Origin: Octopus sinensis | Taxonomy: Eukaryota | Assembly (NCBI RefSeq): GCF_006345805.1 | Contig: NC_043004.1 | Coordinates: 47,988,001-48,052,000 of the forward strand | Reading direction: 5' to 3' | DNA: 64,000 bases | Shown: positions 26,573 through 37,989 of the stretch, piece by piece | Position numbering within the stretch: the first letter of the stretch is position 1 | How the letters are laid out: the number at the start of each line of letters is the position of its first letter | Translations under genes and position numbers: made by a program | Notes under the pieces: generated by a model | The model's database searches: none | What the model was told of the DNA's origin: nothing | The model's input: only the letters and a program-made list of their open reading frames with translations

Positions 26573-27429
26573 TGCATACATAGAAACACGCATGCGTACA
26601 TCCATCCATCCATACATGCATACATACATACATACATACATGGAAGCATGCATGCATGCATACATACATACACACGAACATGCATATATATGTGCACACA
26701 CTGTACAAACTACAAATAAAACACTCATAAAAATACACCCAAAACATATGCACAAATCACAGAAAAATAACACACACACACACTCACGAACAAATACATA
26801 CACACACATATACACACACACACAAGCGTACACACATATACACATACCATTCTGCTAAATATAAAACACACATATACGCAGACCCATACACACAACACCG
26901 ATTCTATTTCTTAACTCAACACTCATACCCAAGCACATATACACACACACAGAACCGTGCACACACACACACATACATTCACACCATCTTGAACACTAAG
27001 ACAGTCCAAAAACCACTGAACCATGACAGACCAGCCCAGAAACAAAAGATCCTTTCGATTCCACAAACTATGTGAAGGTTTTCCCCCACCAACCAACCTC
27101 CCACACTATTTCTAAAAATACCAACTGTCCTTACCAAACACACATGCAAGACTGGAGATGAAGGAAAAATGTCGGCCATTTCTCTAAAATTCTGTATAAA
27201 TACTTAAATATGCAATAATAAATCTCTGGGCGAGATATAAACAGTAACTGCTCTATAACATGAGAGGGATCAGCCATCTGAATGTGGCTAGGGTCAGGGC
27301 GGGTGGTGGGGGTGTTACTGATGCATTTAGCCCCAGGCGAACATCGACGTCACCAGAAGAGCTGACACCATCTCGGTGTCCTTGCCAGCCAGCAAAGGGA
27401 GATCAGCCTCCCCGAAGATACGGATACTA

Positions 27430-27472
27430 CACACGGACCGGTTTCGAGGTTATTGCCTCTTGTCAATGTATG
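27430..27472 (-). ncRNA. Minimal type-I hammerhead ribozyme, U3-A8 core variant (left-arm copy)
   Basis: CATACA-TTGACAA-GAGG caataa CCTC-GAAACCGGTC-CGTGTG on minus; A.C mismatch at the first pair of helix I. Confidence 0.7.
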
Positions 27473-27954
27473 GTAAGCACCGCTCTTCGTTGAGGGACTC
27501 CCTCTACAGGCTGGATATATATAGATTTTCACAGTAACCACAGTCACTGGCGTAGAAAATCTGTTCGAAAACAATAATAAATCTCTGGGCGAGATATAAA
27601 CAGTAACTGCTCTATAACATAAGAGGGATCAGCCATCTGAATGTGGCTAGGGTCAGGGCGGGTGGTGGGGGTGTTACTGATGCATTTAGCCCCAGGCGAA
27701 CATCGACGTCACCAGAAGAGCTGACACCATCTCGGTGTCCTTGCCAGCCAAACACCCCCACCACCCCGCCCTGACCCTAGCCACATTCAGATGGCTGATC
27801 CCTCTTATGTTATAGAGCAGTTACTGTTTATATATCGCCCAGAGATTTAATATTGTTTTCGAACAGATTTTCTACGCCAGTGACTGTGGTTACTGTGAAA
27901 ATCTATATATATCCAGCCTGTAGAGGGAGTCCCTCAACGTAGAGCGGTGCTTAC

Positions 27955-27997
27955 CATACGTTGACAAGAGGCAATAACCTCGAAACCGGTCCGTGTG
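27955..27997 (+). ncRNA. Minimal type-I hammerhead ribozyme, U3-A8 core variant (right-arm copy)
   Basis: CATACG-TTGACAA-GAGG caataa CCTC-GAA-ACCGGT-C^CGTGTG: 6-bp helix I (one G.U), 4-bp helix II, palindromic helix III, GUC site with predicted cleavage after 27991. Confidence 0.8.
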
Positions 27998-28224
27998 TAG
28001 TATCCGTATCTTCGGGGAGGCTGATCTCCCTTTGCTGGCTGGCAAGGACACCGAGATGGTGTCAGCTCTTCTGGTGACGTCGATGTTCGCTTGGGGCTAA
28101 ATGCATCAGTAACACCCCCACCACCCCGCCCTGACCCTAGCCACATTCAGATAGCTGATCCCTCTTATGTTACTTAAATATGGTTTCTGATGAAGTTTTC
28201 ACTAAGCAGTACACGTTTTCTCTT

Positions 28225-28454
28225 GGCGGCGAGCTGGCAGAGACGTTAGCACGCCGGCGAAATACTTAGCCGTATTTTGTCTGCCGTTACGTTCTGAGTT
28301 CAAATTCCGCCGAGGTCGACTTTGCCTTTTATCCTTTCGGGGTCGATAAATTAAGTACCAGTTACGCACTGGTGTCGATGTAATCGACTTAATCCATTTG
28401 TCTGTCCTTGTTTGTCTCTTCTATGTTTAGCCCCTTGTGGGCAATAAAGAAATA
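28225..28454 (+). mobile_element. SINE family B with 15-bp TSD
   Basis: TSD AGTACACG(T/C)TTTCTC at 28208-28222 and 28455-28469. Confidence 0.95.
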
Positions 28455-28858
28455 AGTACACGCTTTCTCCTATCAAATACTGTCTTCAAATTCTTTCTGC
28501 ATATATGCTTATATACAATCAGGATTTTTGATGGACTTATGAATAATTATGAATTTATTTTACTACCTATTTTGAACACTTTTATGTAAACTGTTTAAAC
28601 ACAAAGCCCCTCTTAACATTTTTTTTATCATTGTCAAAGATTCTATTTCTTAACATTTTCTTATCATTGTCAAAGACTCTATCACTGTATTTTAATACAT
28701 CTATGATAACCATTTTTTAACACCACAAAGGCTACACAAGGCCTTACATTTTACTTTTGAGAAACTTTTTTTTTCAAGTGAAACTGGTCAAGTCACTAAA
28801 CATCTTTAAAAGACCCCTTTATATTTTCACGCATGCCGCACCTTGTAATTTTACTTTG

Positions 28859-28901
<43 letters not shown>

Positions 28902-29034
28902 TAAAAACATTGATCAGAAAACAAACATCAAATTCGAGTCAAACAATAACTTATTGTTTCAACATCTGAGCACTTCTTTTTTGCAGTCTTATAAACTCTT
29001 TTGTCTCCATAAAAAGAGGCAAAAGTTATCTCTC

Positions 29035-29086
<52 letters not shown>

Positions 29087-29121
29087 GTGTGTATGTATGT
29101 ATGTATATATATATACACATC

Positions 29122-29170
<49 letters not shown>

Positions 29171-29173
29171 TAT

Positions 29174-29454
29174 GGAGGCGCAATGGCCCTGGTTAGGGCA
29201 GCGAACGCGCTCGTAGGATCGCGGTTTCGATTCCCAGACCGGGCGTTGTGAGTGTTTATTGAGCGAAAACACCTAAAATAAGCTCCACGAGTCTCCGGCA
29301 GGGGGTGGTGATCCCTGCTGTACTCTCTCACCACTCTTTCTTCTGTTGGCCTGCTCGCTTAGCCAGCGGGGTGGCGTCATTCGAAGGCTAAAAGCATTGT
29401 GACCAGCGATGTGTAACAATATCTGATGGTCTGGTCGGTCACGTGATCACGTGA
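29174..29454 (+). mobile_element. SINE family C, short-tail variant
   Basis: GGAGGCGCAATGGCCCTGGTTAGGGCAG...GGTCTGGTCGGTCACGTGA. Confidence 0.92.
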
Positions 29455-29559
29455 TATATGCATATATACATGTTTACAATGTTAAACTTAGTCACATGGT
29501 TGTAGAGGACTATTCATTCTTTCGGTGTAATAACTACGTTTTCTTAAACGCCAAGTCAC

Positions 29560-31530
29560 TGTTACAGAGTCTAGCAAAAGGAAGTTATTGTTCGTCTTGA
29601 GATATATATGAAAGGCCATTAAAAGAAAATTATTGCAATGTTAAAATGGTAATACTTAACTGGTGAATACCACATGGATTACTACTATTTATGCCAAGGC
29701 GAGTAAAGAATCGGGGTCAGCTACTGCAAATCACGAAACTAACAAAAGAAGTTTCAATGGACTATTGAATCGAATCAATTTTACAAAAAGGCTGGAGAAA
29801 ATTTGTCAATCGTTTACTTGAAAACTGCTGGAATGTTAATTATCTCAACATGTGTTCATAGTAAAGCAATTACCCTCAGCAAGCTAAGTTGATTAACAAG
29901 AAATATACTGTTTTAAATGGCAAAAATCAACTGTAAAATACATAAAAATAGCGATCTCAATAGCCTACAAAATTCTAACTTCGAACAAAGAACTAAAAAC
30001 ATAAAGCACAACCAAAGCATATACTATGGCAATGTAGTCCGAGGACTGCCAACATTACATGGACATGCTTTCGAATAAACAGAAATAAGTGAAGAATACA
30101 AACAATTCGAAAGACAGCTCGCAGAAAGATTAAGGAGAATTTCAGTTCTTTACATTTACAAGTTACTGCAAGAATGATTGTGATATAAATCGATGAGAAA
30201 TCTACTGATTTCATGTTACTAGTAATCGATCAATTTGTCAAAGAACACCTAGCACAAATTGCAGCAGTTTGGGGAGAATGTATGTCTTATTGTATTCTGG
30301 TGCAATTACCATTCCATAACACATGGGAATAATAGTCGATCGAAAGGATAAAACAGAATGAAAATGGATTACCTTCCTCCAAATACAATAAGAGACAATG
30401 AAAAACATCGGACGACTAGATATTATCTATTGATGCAATATGAATAATGAATCCACGACCCTCCAACTATGACTTCCATGACAGACTATCTAAAAGCAAC
30501 AGAAACTGACAGCAAGAGACACAAGACAATAAATTTTCCTTTAAAACAAAATATGAGCACTGAGTCGAAAGCTCTATAATCCTATGGAATCACAATTGCA
30601 TCGGACTATCAATATCAAGTTTGCATTAAACCCTCCGTACGATCCCTTATGTCACTAGTCTTGTGAATTTTCCTGTCTGGATTAATCTGAAGTTATTTTA
30701 GGGAAGGAGTGATCTGGAATGAAATAAAGAGCCGCAGCATGGTTAAATACGTCCGCTGTGAGCTTTGAGCAAATATTTCTCTTGAAACATAACCCCCAAT
30801 GAAATACTCCAGGTAATTGTTGCCAAGCTACCAACTGGAAAAATCACTTAGTAGAAACCCGAGAATAGATGAATGAAGCTTGCATTCTACCGGCAAGCTC
30901 TTGATCTCTTCAACCTGTTAAGAAACATAAATACTGAACTTGATATACCAGATAAGATGACTGTTGCACAGGGAGCGCTCTGCCTAAGAATTAATAGACA
31001 CGGGCAGCAAAAAGAAAACTAGACCTGTACTATACTTAAATATATGAATATACAGTACACATACTGAATCAATGTGTTTCGCCAAAGTCACTGTGAAAAC
31101 GTGGTGTGAAGACACTTCAGCAGACAAAATGAGTTTGTGGTCGCACTGAACATCTCCTCGTGAAAACAGTTGACTTTATAGAACCTGACTATACGAAGGT
31201 TTTTGGTTCTATCCCTCATTCATGGAGACTAGGATACTATTCCTTGCCATGACTATATGTGCTATATTCGGTACTATAACAAGATTGAATACATCATAAT
31301 CCAAGTACTACAAGGAACTGAGGTAGCTTTATACGCACAAACAGAATTTTACTATTGATGGAATATTCCAGAGTAACAGCTTGCCTGTTTTACTATTCTT
31401 CCTGGCAGTAAAACTTTTATCAGCCTCGTTGATAAACACTAAGGTTACAGGTTCAAATCTTCAGAGAGGAGGAAAATCGATATCCATACACCTTTTTCGC
31501 CGATGATATGAATGTATTCAATTAATACTC
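29560..31530 (+). mobile_element. Degenerate R4/Dong-like LINE including the RT core
   Basis: At 31355-31520: IDGIFQSNSLPVLLFFLAVK...IHLF(frameshift)ADDMNVF, corresponding to the QGDSLSP and F[A/M]DD motifs; upstream boundary approximate. Confidence 0.6.
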
Positions 31531-32304
31531 AAGTGGACATTTTTAATATGGTATACTCGCACATACATAAAGAGTAATCTCACACATGCACACACATACA
31601 TACATACATACATACATATATACATACATACATACATACATACATGCACACGCACATACATACATAGATACATACATACATATTATTGGCTTTTTCGGTC
31701 CATTATCAAAGGATATTCTAGCTATAACCATGCCAATTTCTTTCCTTCTGGATTAGTGTATCCAGACAAACAGTATCCAGTGTGTTATTTTATAGGACAG
31801 TAAGAAGTATGTGGGTGTGAGAGATTTGGCTAATGATTCTAAGCAGTGCAACCAGGTATATGCTCTTTCATTCCTCCGTCTATGCGTATATGTGTAATAT
31901 ATGTACCATGAACGTATCAGTGTATGTGTGTGTGTGTGTGCATACAGTTATGGATATTAATAATTTCTACATTACCTCGTCTATTCCATGTCACCAAGCA
32001 TTGATATATTTTCCCATGCCTTGTTTTGTACTTTTGTTCCATTTTTCTTTTACGCATCCATTTTGTTTGGTTACTGATTTTTTTCTCTGTAAAAATGGTG
32101 ATATACGACTGAAAATGCATTAATCGCCTTAATGTAGGGTTTCCTGTATCAGAATTTCTAATTCAATCTGCAACAGCCGCTTAAGTTCTTTTTATCAAAC
32201 CCATTCACAGTTAAGTGTTCGCTGCAAAATTTTTTATGCACTTATATAAATATACAGAGATATGGTCGTCAAAAGAAAGAAGGGTCTCTCTTTTATATAT
32301 ATAT

Positions 32305-32336
<32 letters not shown>

Positions 32337-32734
32337 GGCGCAGGAGTGGCTGTGTGGTAAGTAGCTTGCTTACCAACCACATGATTCCGGGTTCAGTACC
32401 ACTGCGTGGCATCTTGGGCAAGTGTCTTCTGCTATAGCCCCGGGCCGACCAATGCCTTGTGAGTGGATTTGGTAGACGGAAATTGAAAGAAGCCTGTTGT
32501 ATATATATATATATGTATGTGTGTGTATATGTTTGTGTGTCTGTGTTTGTCCCCCTAGCATTGCTTGACAACCGATGCTGGTGTGTTTATGTCCCCGTCA
32601 CTTAGCGGTTCGGCAAAAAGAGACCGATAGAATAAGTACTGGCTTATGAAGAATAACTCCCGGGGTCGAGTTGCTCGACTAAAGGCGGTGCTCCAGCATG
32701 GCCGCAGTCAAATGACTGAAACAAGTAAAAAAAA

Positions 32735-32735
<1 letters not shown>
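32337..32735 (+). mobile_element. SINE family A, full length
   Basis: Complete head, body and tail. Confidence 0.95.
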
Positions 32736-32779
<44 letters not shown>

Positions 32780-32982
32780 ATATATATAAAGGGACAGGCA
32801 TGTCTGTGTAGTTACGATCCAAGTAGTTTTGAGTTCAATCTCACGACACAACATCTATGGCACGAGTGTTCTTACCCCTACTGCTAAACAGCTGGTTTTG
32901 AGAATTGTTTACATTCTCAGAATTTAAGAATTAGACAAAGGAAATCGAATACATTAAGAATTAGGCTATAGTAGAAGACACT

Positions 32983-33443
32983 CTGTTTCAGGGATATAAA
33001 GGATATCCCATCAACAGAGACGATATGAAAGAGTTAGATAGAAGGAAATAGTAGAGTTCAATATAAGAAGTTATTTTGGAAATGGAGAGATATAGGAAAG
33101 ATAAATGAAAATATGAGAATAAAAACATATATATGTATGTTGGATGTTATAGTTGCAGTTCCATTATCCAAGGAATGTGCCGTGTAGAATGGGTACATAC
33201 TACGGACAAGAAAACCCTTTACCCATTCTACACAGCACATTCCTTCGGATAATGGAGCAGCAGCTGTAACATCCGACATGAATTTTTATTTTTATTTTCC
33301 TATTACCCCCCTTTATGATTCCTACATCTCTACTTCTCCAAACTAACTTCTTATATTGATCTCCACTATTTCCTTCTATTTAAGTCTCTCATATCGTCTC
33401 TGATGATGGAATATCCTCTATATCCCTGAAACAGCTGTAGGAC
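32983..33443. mobile_element. ~450-bp palindrome (inverted Penelope-like terminal repeat) with hammerhead
   Basis: Arms 32983-33195 and 33220-33434, 24-nt spacer; the inner ~60 bp and outer ~110 bp pair well, the middle is diverged. Confidence 0.8.
33396..33443 (+). ncRNA. Type-I hammerhead ribozyme, partly decayed
   Basis: GTCT-CTGATGA-TGGAATAT cctct ATATCCCT-GAA-ACAGCTGT-A^GGAC; intact core, GUA site after 33439, helix I GTCT/GGAC, mismatches in helix II. Confidence 0.7.
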
Positions 33444-33640
33444 AACCTTTCTCTTTATAAAATGTCCAAGAAATTTCACTCTTCCTTGGCTTCATTGTCT
33501 CATTTTATTTAAAATATACACACTTACACACGACTCATGTTAGACTTCTCACTCAAACTATTATCGAACGGGGAGTCTAAGAGCGGTCCTTCCATAGCAC
33601 TTACGTGGTCGTATATGCGTTTTGGGTCTTCTGAATACTT

Positions 33641-33711
<71 letters not shown>

Positions 33712-33806
33712 ATCTAATGTAGGATAAAATTTTTTCGAAAAGAATTTTATCAATGGCCAGCATATTAAAAAATACCTTTAAGGGTTAAATTTATAAATAG
33801 CTTATA

Positions 33807-33954
33807 AAATAAGGGCAAAACAAAAATTCTAATGCCAAATATGCCGAAAATAGACAAAATTGTCAATAACCATTATAATTTATGCGTCTCGAGACGCAAA
33901 ATTTTGTCTATTTTCGTCATATTTGGCATTAGAATTTTTCTTTTGCCCTTATTT
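33807..33954. mobile_element. 148-bp foldback/MITE
   Basis: 55-bp arms (33807-33861 and 33900-33954), 53/55 complementary; the spacer contains the perfect palindrome TGCGTCTCGAGACGCA (33883-33898). Confidence 0.8.
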
Positions 33955-34188
33955 AATAAGTTATGTGTGTGCGTATGTATGTGTGTGTGTGTGTATGTAT
34001 GTACGTATGTATATACATATGTATGTATATAAGTTTAGTGGGTTTAGTTATATGTATTGTGATAGTATCAGCTACATATATGAATGTGCAAGTAAGTAGG
34101 CGTGTATGTGTAGGTTTTAGTATAAGAGTGTATGTGCTTGGGAGCGTGTATCGATGTGCGTATCATGGCCGCAGTCAAATGACTGAAA

Positions 34189-34225
<37 letters not shown>

Positions 34226-34529
34226 TATAAAAATATATATATATATTAGTATAAAAATATATATATTAGTATATGTGTGTGTGTTTTTAGTTTTATGTAT
34301 GAATAAGCATGTGTATATATATGTATATGTGTGTGTGCCTGCATGTGTGTGTGCGCGCGCGTAGGGATCTGTTTTCCCCATTACCATTTCTTTCTTTTTT
34401 TTTATTACTCTTGTTTATAAAGACCCTATCAACTATTTAGAAACAACTCAACGCTATATGAAATTATAAAACAAAGCCCCAAAATTCTCTAAATATCACA
34501 AGAAAGTTTTCATTTGCAACGGATATTAT

Positions 34530-35270
34530 TTGGCAGGGCTGCGTGCTAAAAAGCTTCCCAACTTTGTGGTCCTGGACTCAGTCCCACTGTCCGGACACTT
34601 TGGAAATGTGTCTTCTCCTCTAACCATGGGCCGACCAAAGCCGTTTAAGTGAATTTGGTAAGCAACTGAAAGAAGCCCGTTAGACGCTGGCGTGGCTGTG
34701 TGGTAATAAACTTGCTTCCCAACGACATAGTGCCGGGTTCAGTCTTACTGCATGGCACCTTGAACAAGTGTTTTCTGCTATAGCCCCGGGCCGACCAAAG
34801 CCCTTGAGTAGATTTGGTAGACGGAAACTGAAAGGAGCCCGTCGTATATATGTGTATGTGTGTGTGTCTTTGTGTCTGTTTTTCTCTATCTCTATCACCG
34901 CTTGACAACCGGTGCTCGTGTGTTTACGCCCACATAACTTCGCGGTTCAGAAAATGTGACTGATAGAATAAGTACCAGGCTTAAAAATCAAGTCCTAGGG
35001 TCGATTTATTTGACTAAAACCCCTAAAAGCGGTGCTTCATCATGGCCGCAATCAAATGACTGAAACAAATAAAAAAATAAAACTGTGTGTGTGTGCCAAC
35101 GCTTGAAAACCGGTCTTGCTTTGTTTTCATCCCTGTGACTAGCAGTTCGGTAAAAGAGACTCATAGAATAAGTAGCAGGCATTAAATAAATAAAAAATGC
35201 TTGGGTTGATGTGTTCAACTAAAGCCATCAAAGTGGTGCCCCAGCATGGCCGCAGTCAAATGGCAGAAAT
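34530..35270 (+). mobile_element. Cluster of three SINE A copies/fragments
   Basis: Degenerate head 34530-34680, near-complete copy 34686-35075, tail fragment 35090-35270. Confidence 0.8.
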
Positions 35271-35655
35271 GGATGGAAGCACTCCGTCGGTTACGACGAC
35301 GAGGGTTCCGGTTGATCCGATCAACGGAACAGCCTGCTCGTGAAATTAACGTGTAAGTGGCTGAGCACTCCACAGACACGTGTACCCTTAACGTAGTTCT
35401 CGGGGATATTCAGCGTGGCACAGAGAGTGACAAGGCCGGCCCTTTGAAATACAGGTACAACAGAAACAGGAAGTAAGAGTGAGAGAAAGTTGTGGTGAAA
35501 GAGTACAGCAGGGATCACCACCATCCCATGCCGGAGCCTCGTGGAGCTTTAGGTGTTTTCTCTCAATAAACACTCACAACGCCCGGTCTGGGAATCGAAA
35601 CCGCGATCCTACGACCGCAAGTCCACTGCCCTAACCACTGGGCCATTGCGCCTCC
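35270..35655 (-). mobile_element. SINE family C, long-tail variant
   Basis: Ends ...GTCGTCGTAACCGACGGAGTGCTTCCATCC; near-identical to 41153-41536 and 44358-44745. Confidence 0.95.
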
Positions 35656-36389
35656 ACTAAATAGCAGAAATAAGTTAGAGGTAAAAGGTAAAACATTATA
35701 CGAAGTGGCATAACGCACATGACCTACCTTGGTATAAAGACTTATTATTTAGTACAATGACCTATTTTCGTATAATATTTTTATTTCAGAAAGATTTTTT
35801 ACGAATAACTTATAAAAATTAACAATATTTATGAAAAATTTGTTTCTCTTTTTGTTAGAGGACAACTAAAAAATTTGTATTTTGATTAATATTTTCATTT
35901 GAATTAAATAACTATTCAAATTAGGCACATAATTAAAAACATCTGTTTTAATGGGTGTAATCAAATTATAAGGATGTCTAAAAAAGAACTAGGAAATTAT
36001 AATTAATTGCGAATGAATTTGAGTAAAATTGGACTAATTGAGATTGCTAATTAATAAATGATATTTTTACGTGAATTTTTAAAAAGTACCATTAGTTTAA
36101 ACCTGATTTAAGACACCAAAAGAACGATTTCTAGTGAATGCTTTAGAGTATTGTACTATATAATGATGTGTGTGCATAAGCATATACCATGCAAAGACTA
36201 AAATTAGATAACGTAATTTTTAAACAAATTTACTATTGTGTCTAAAAGAACTAATCGGATCATGTTCAAATGTTTGTCCAAAATTATACTCACTGCATTG
36301 ACAATTGCAAAATGAAATGTTTTATTTGATAACATTTTAAATAAGTAAATGAAATCTAGTAAAATTGGTATTTTTACCTGGAAGAAATG

Positions 36390-36446
<57 letters not shown>

Positions 36447-36795
36447 AATACATACGTAGTTTCTCCGCCTTTTCACGCAGGGTTTCTACAAATTACCATC
36501 ACCGACGGAGTGAATGACCATGCAACAGGTTGTACAACCAGTAGAAACCTGTTATCATATATATGCGCCTTATAAGTGCAGCATTCACAATCATGGCCAG
36601 ACAGTTCCTAAAACAGAAGAAATACAGATCACAAATATACGGTTACTTTACGTGAGCACCCACGAATATATGAATGCTATAATCTAAACCGACACCACTT
36701 GTTTACCAGTTCCTACTTTCAGTCTTCTGTACATGTCTATGCATTTATATATACAAACACGTGTGTATTTATGCATAAATATATGTATTTATACA

Positions 36796-36845
<50 letters not shown>

Positions 36846-37065
36846 GTAGAAATATGTTACGAAAAGAAAATATAAAATACACGTGGAAATGTAAGGGTAA
36901 AATATGAAAAATCAACGAAAATGCATATTGCGAATAGAAAAGACTATTTATGACAGGTAGTGACAAATATATACATTTAGATTGACTGAGGTAGTAATAC
37001 GAGTCATAAAGGTCATTATTAAGAAATGATTATAAGATGATAATAAAGTAAGAGGACAAAACGAA

Positions 37066-37106
<41 letters not shown>

Positions 37107-37989
37107 TTACGCGTATAATTACATATATATATCTATATATGAATGTATGTCTACACAGATATATACATACACACACGAACATACATTTAATAATAGAGAT
37201 TTTTTTTAAAATAGAGATTTGAGAGAATTCACCTTTCGCGCGAAAATGGCTTCACCAATTGCTTCCATACTTGTGACGCATGAACAATGAATATTTCCAC
37301 CTCGGACACATTATAGGCTCTTCATTTGATTTCTTTTTTGATTAAAAATACAAAAATATTGCCTTATATTTATGATTCACTTCCTTAAAAAGTTTTTTCG
37401 ATGTCAGCTTCCGGTATTGACGAAAAAACGGCGAAGTCTAATTTTAATATTTTCATTTCAAGTTTTAATTCGCTATTTCTAAACAACTACGATAAATTAC
37501 CGAAGGAAATATTTACTAAGGTCAAAAATTTAAATATTCGGTACGGGATAGGTTTTAACGTGCTTCTATTTATAGGATTTTTTCATTCCATGTCTATCTC
37601 ATTCATTGTTTATAACGTTCTCTTTCTTTCTCTCTCTCTCTGTTTCTCTGTCTCTCTCTCTCTCTCTCATGCACACACACTCACACATACACACTCCAGG
37701 TTTGGTTTCTTTATTACACAAATATCACGTTAACATTTTGCACTTCATCATGGGGCGTCCAAAAAGTAAGGGCATTATTTTGCTTGAACTCGCAAACTTC
37801 GTTAATTTCCGTAAAAATTTTATATTTATTTTCTTTTTCACGTCGTGTTCTGCTCTACGTATTTGTAGTCAGTCACATGCGCATACGTACGTTTGTATAC
37901 ATTTATGTATATATGTGTGTCTGTATGTGTGTGAGTGAGTAAAGAGGTGTGTTGTCATGTGTACATACATACATAAATACATATGCATA

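Larger units (their letters stand above)
27213..28170. mobile_element. Hammerhead-bearing insertion of a ~359-bp unit: 1.5 copies then 1.17 inverted copies, 12-bp TSD (retrozyme/Penelope-like)
   Basis: Unit starts at 27213 and 27572 (period 359); inversion junction at 27750/27751; inverted arm repeats at 27751 and 28111; TACTTAAATATG at 27201-27212 and 28171-28182. Confidence 0.9.

Noticed and set aside
36478-36551. Cadherin-like exon (LQITITDGVNDHAT) after a strong acceptor
   Set aside because: The motif deviates from DxNDxxP, the donor is poor, and the segment is bounded by an inverted repeat CAGGGTTTCTAC/GTAGAAACCTG, suggesting a MITE remnant.
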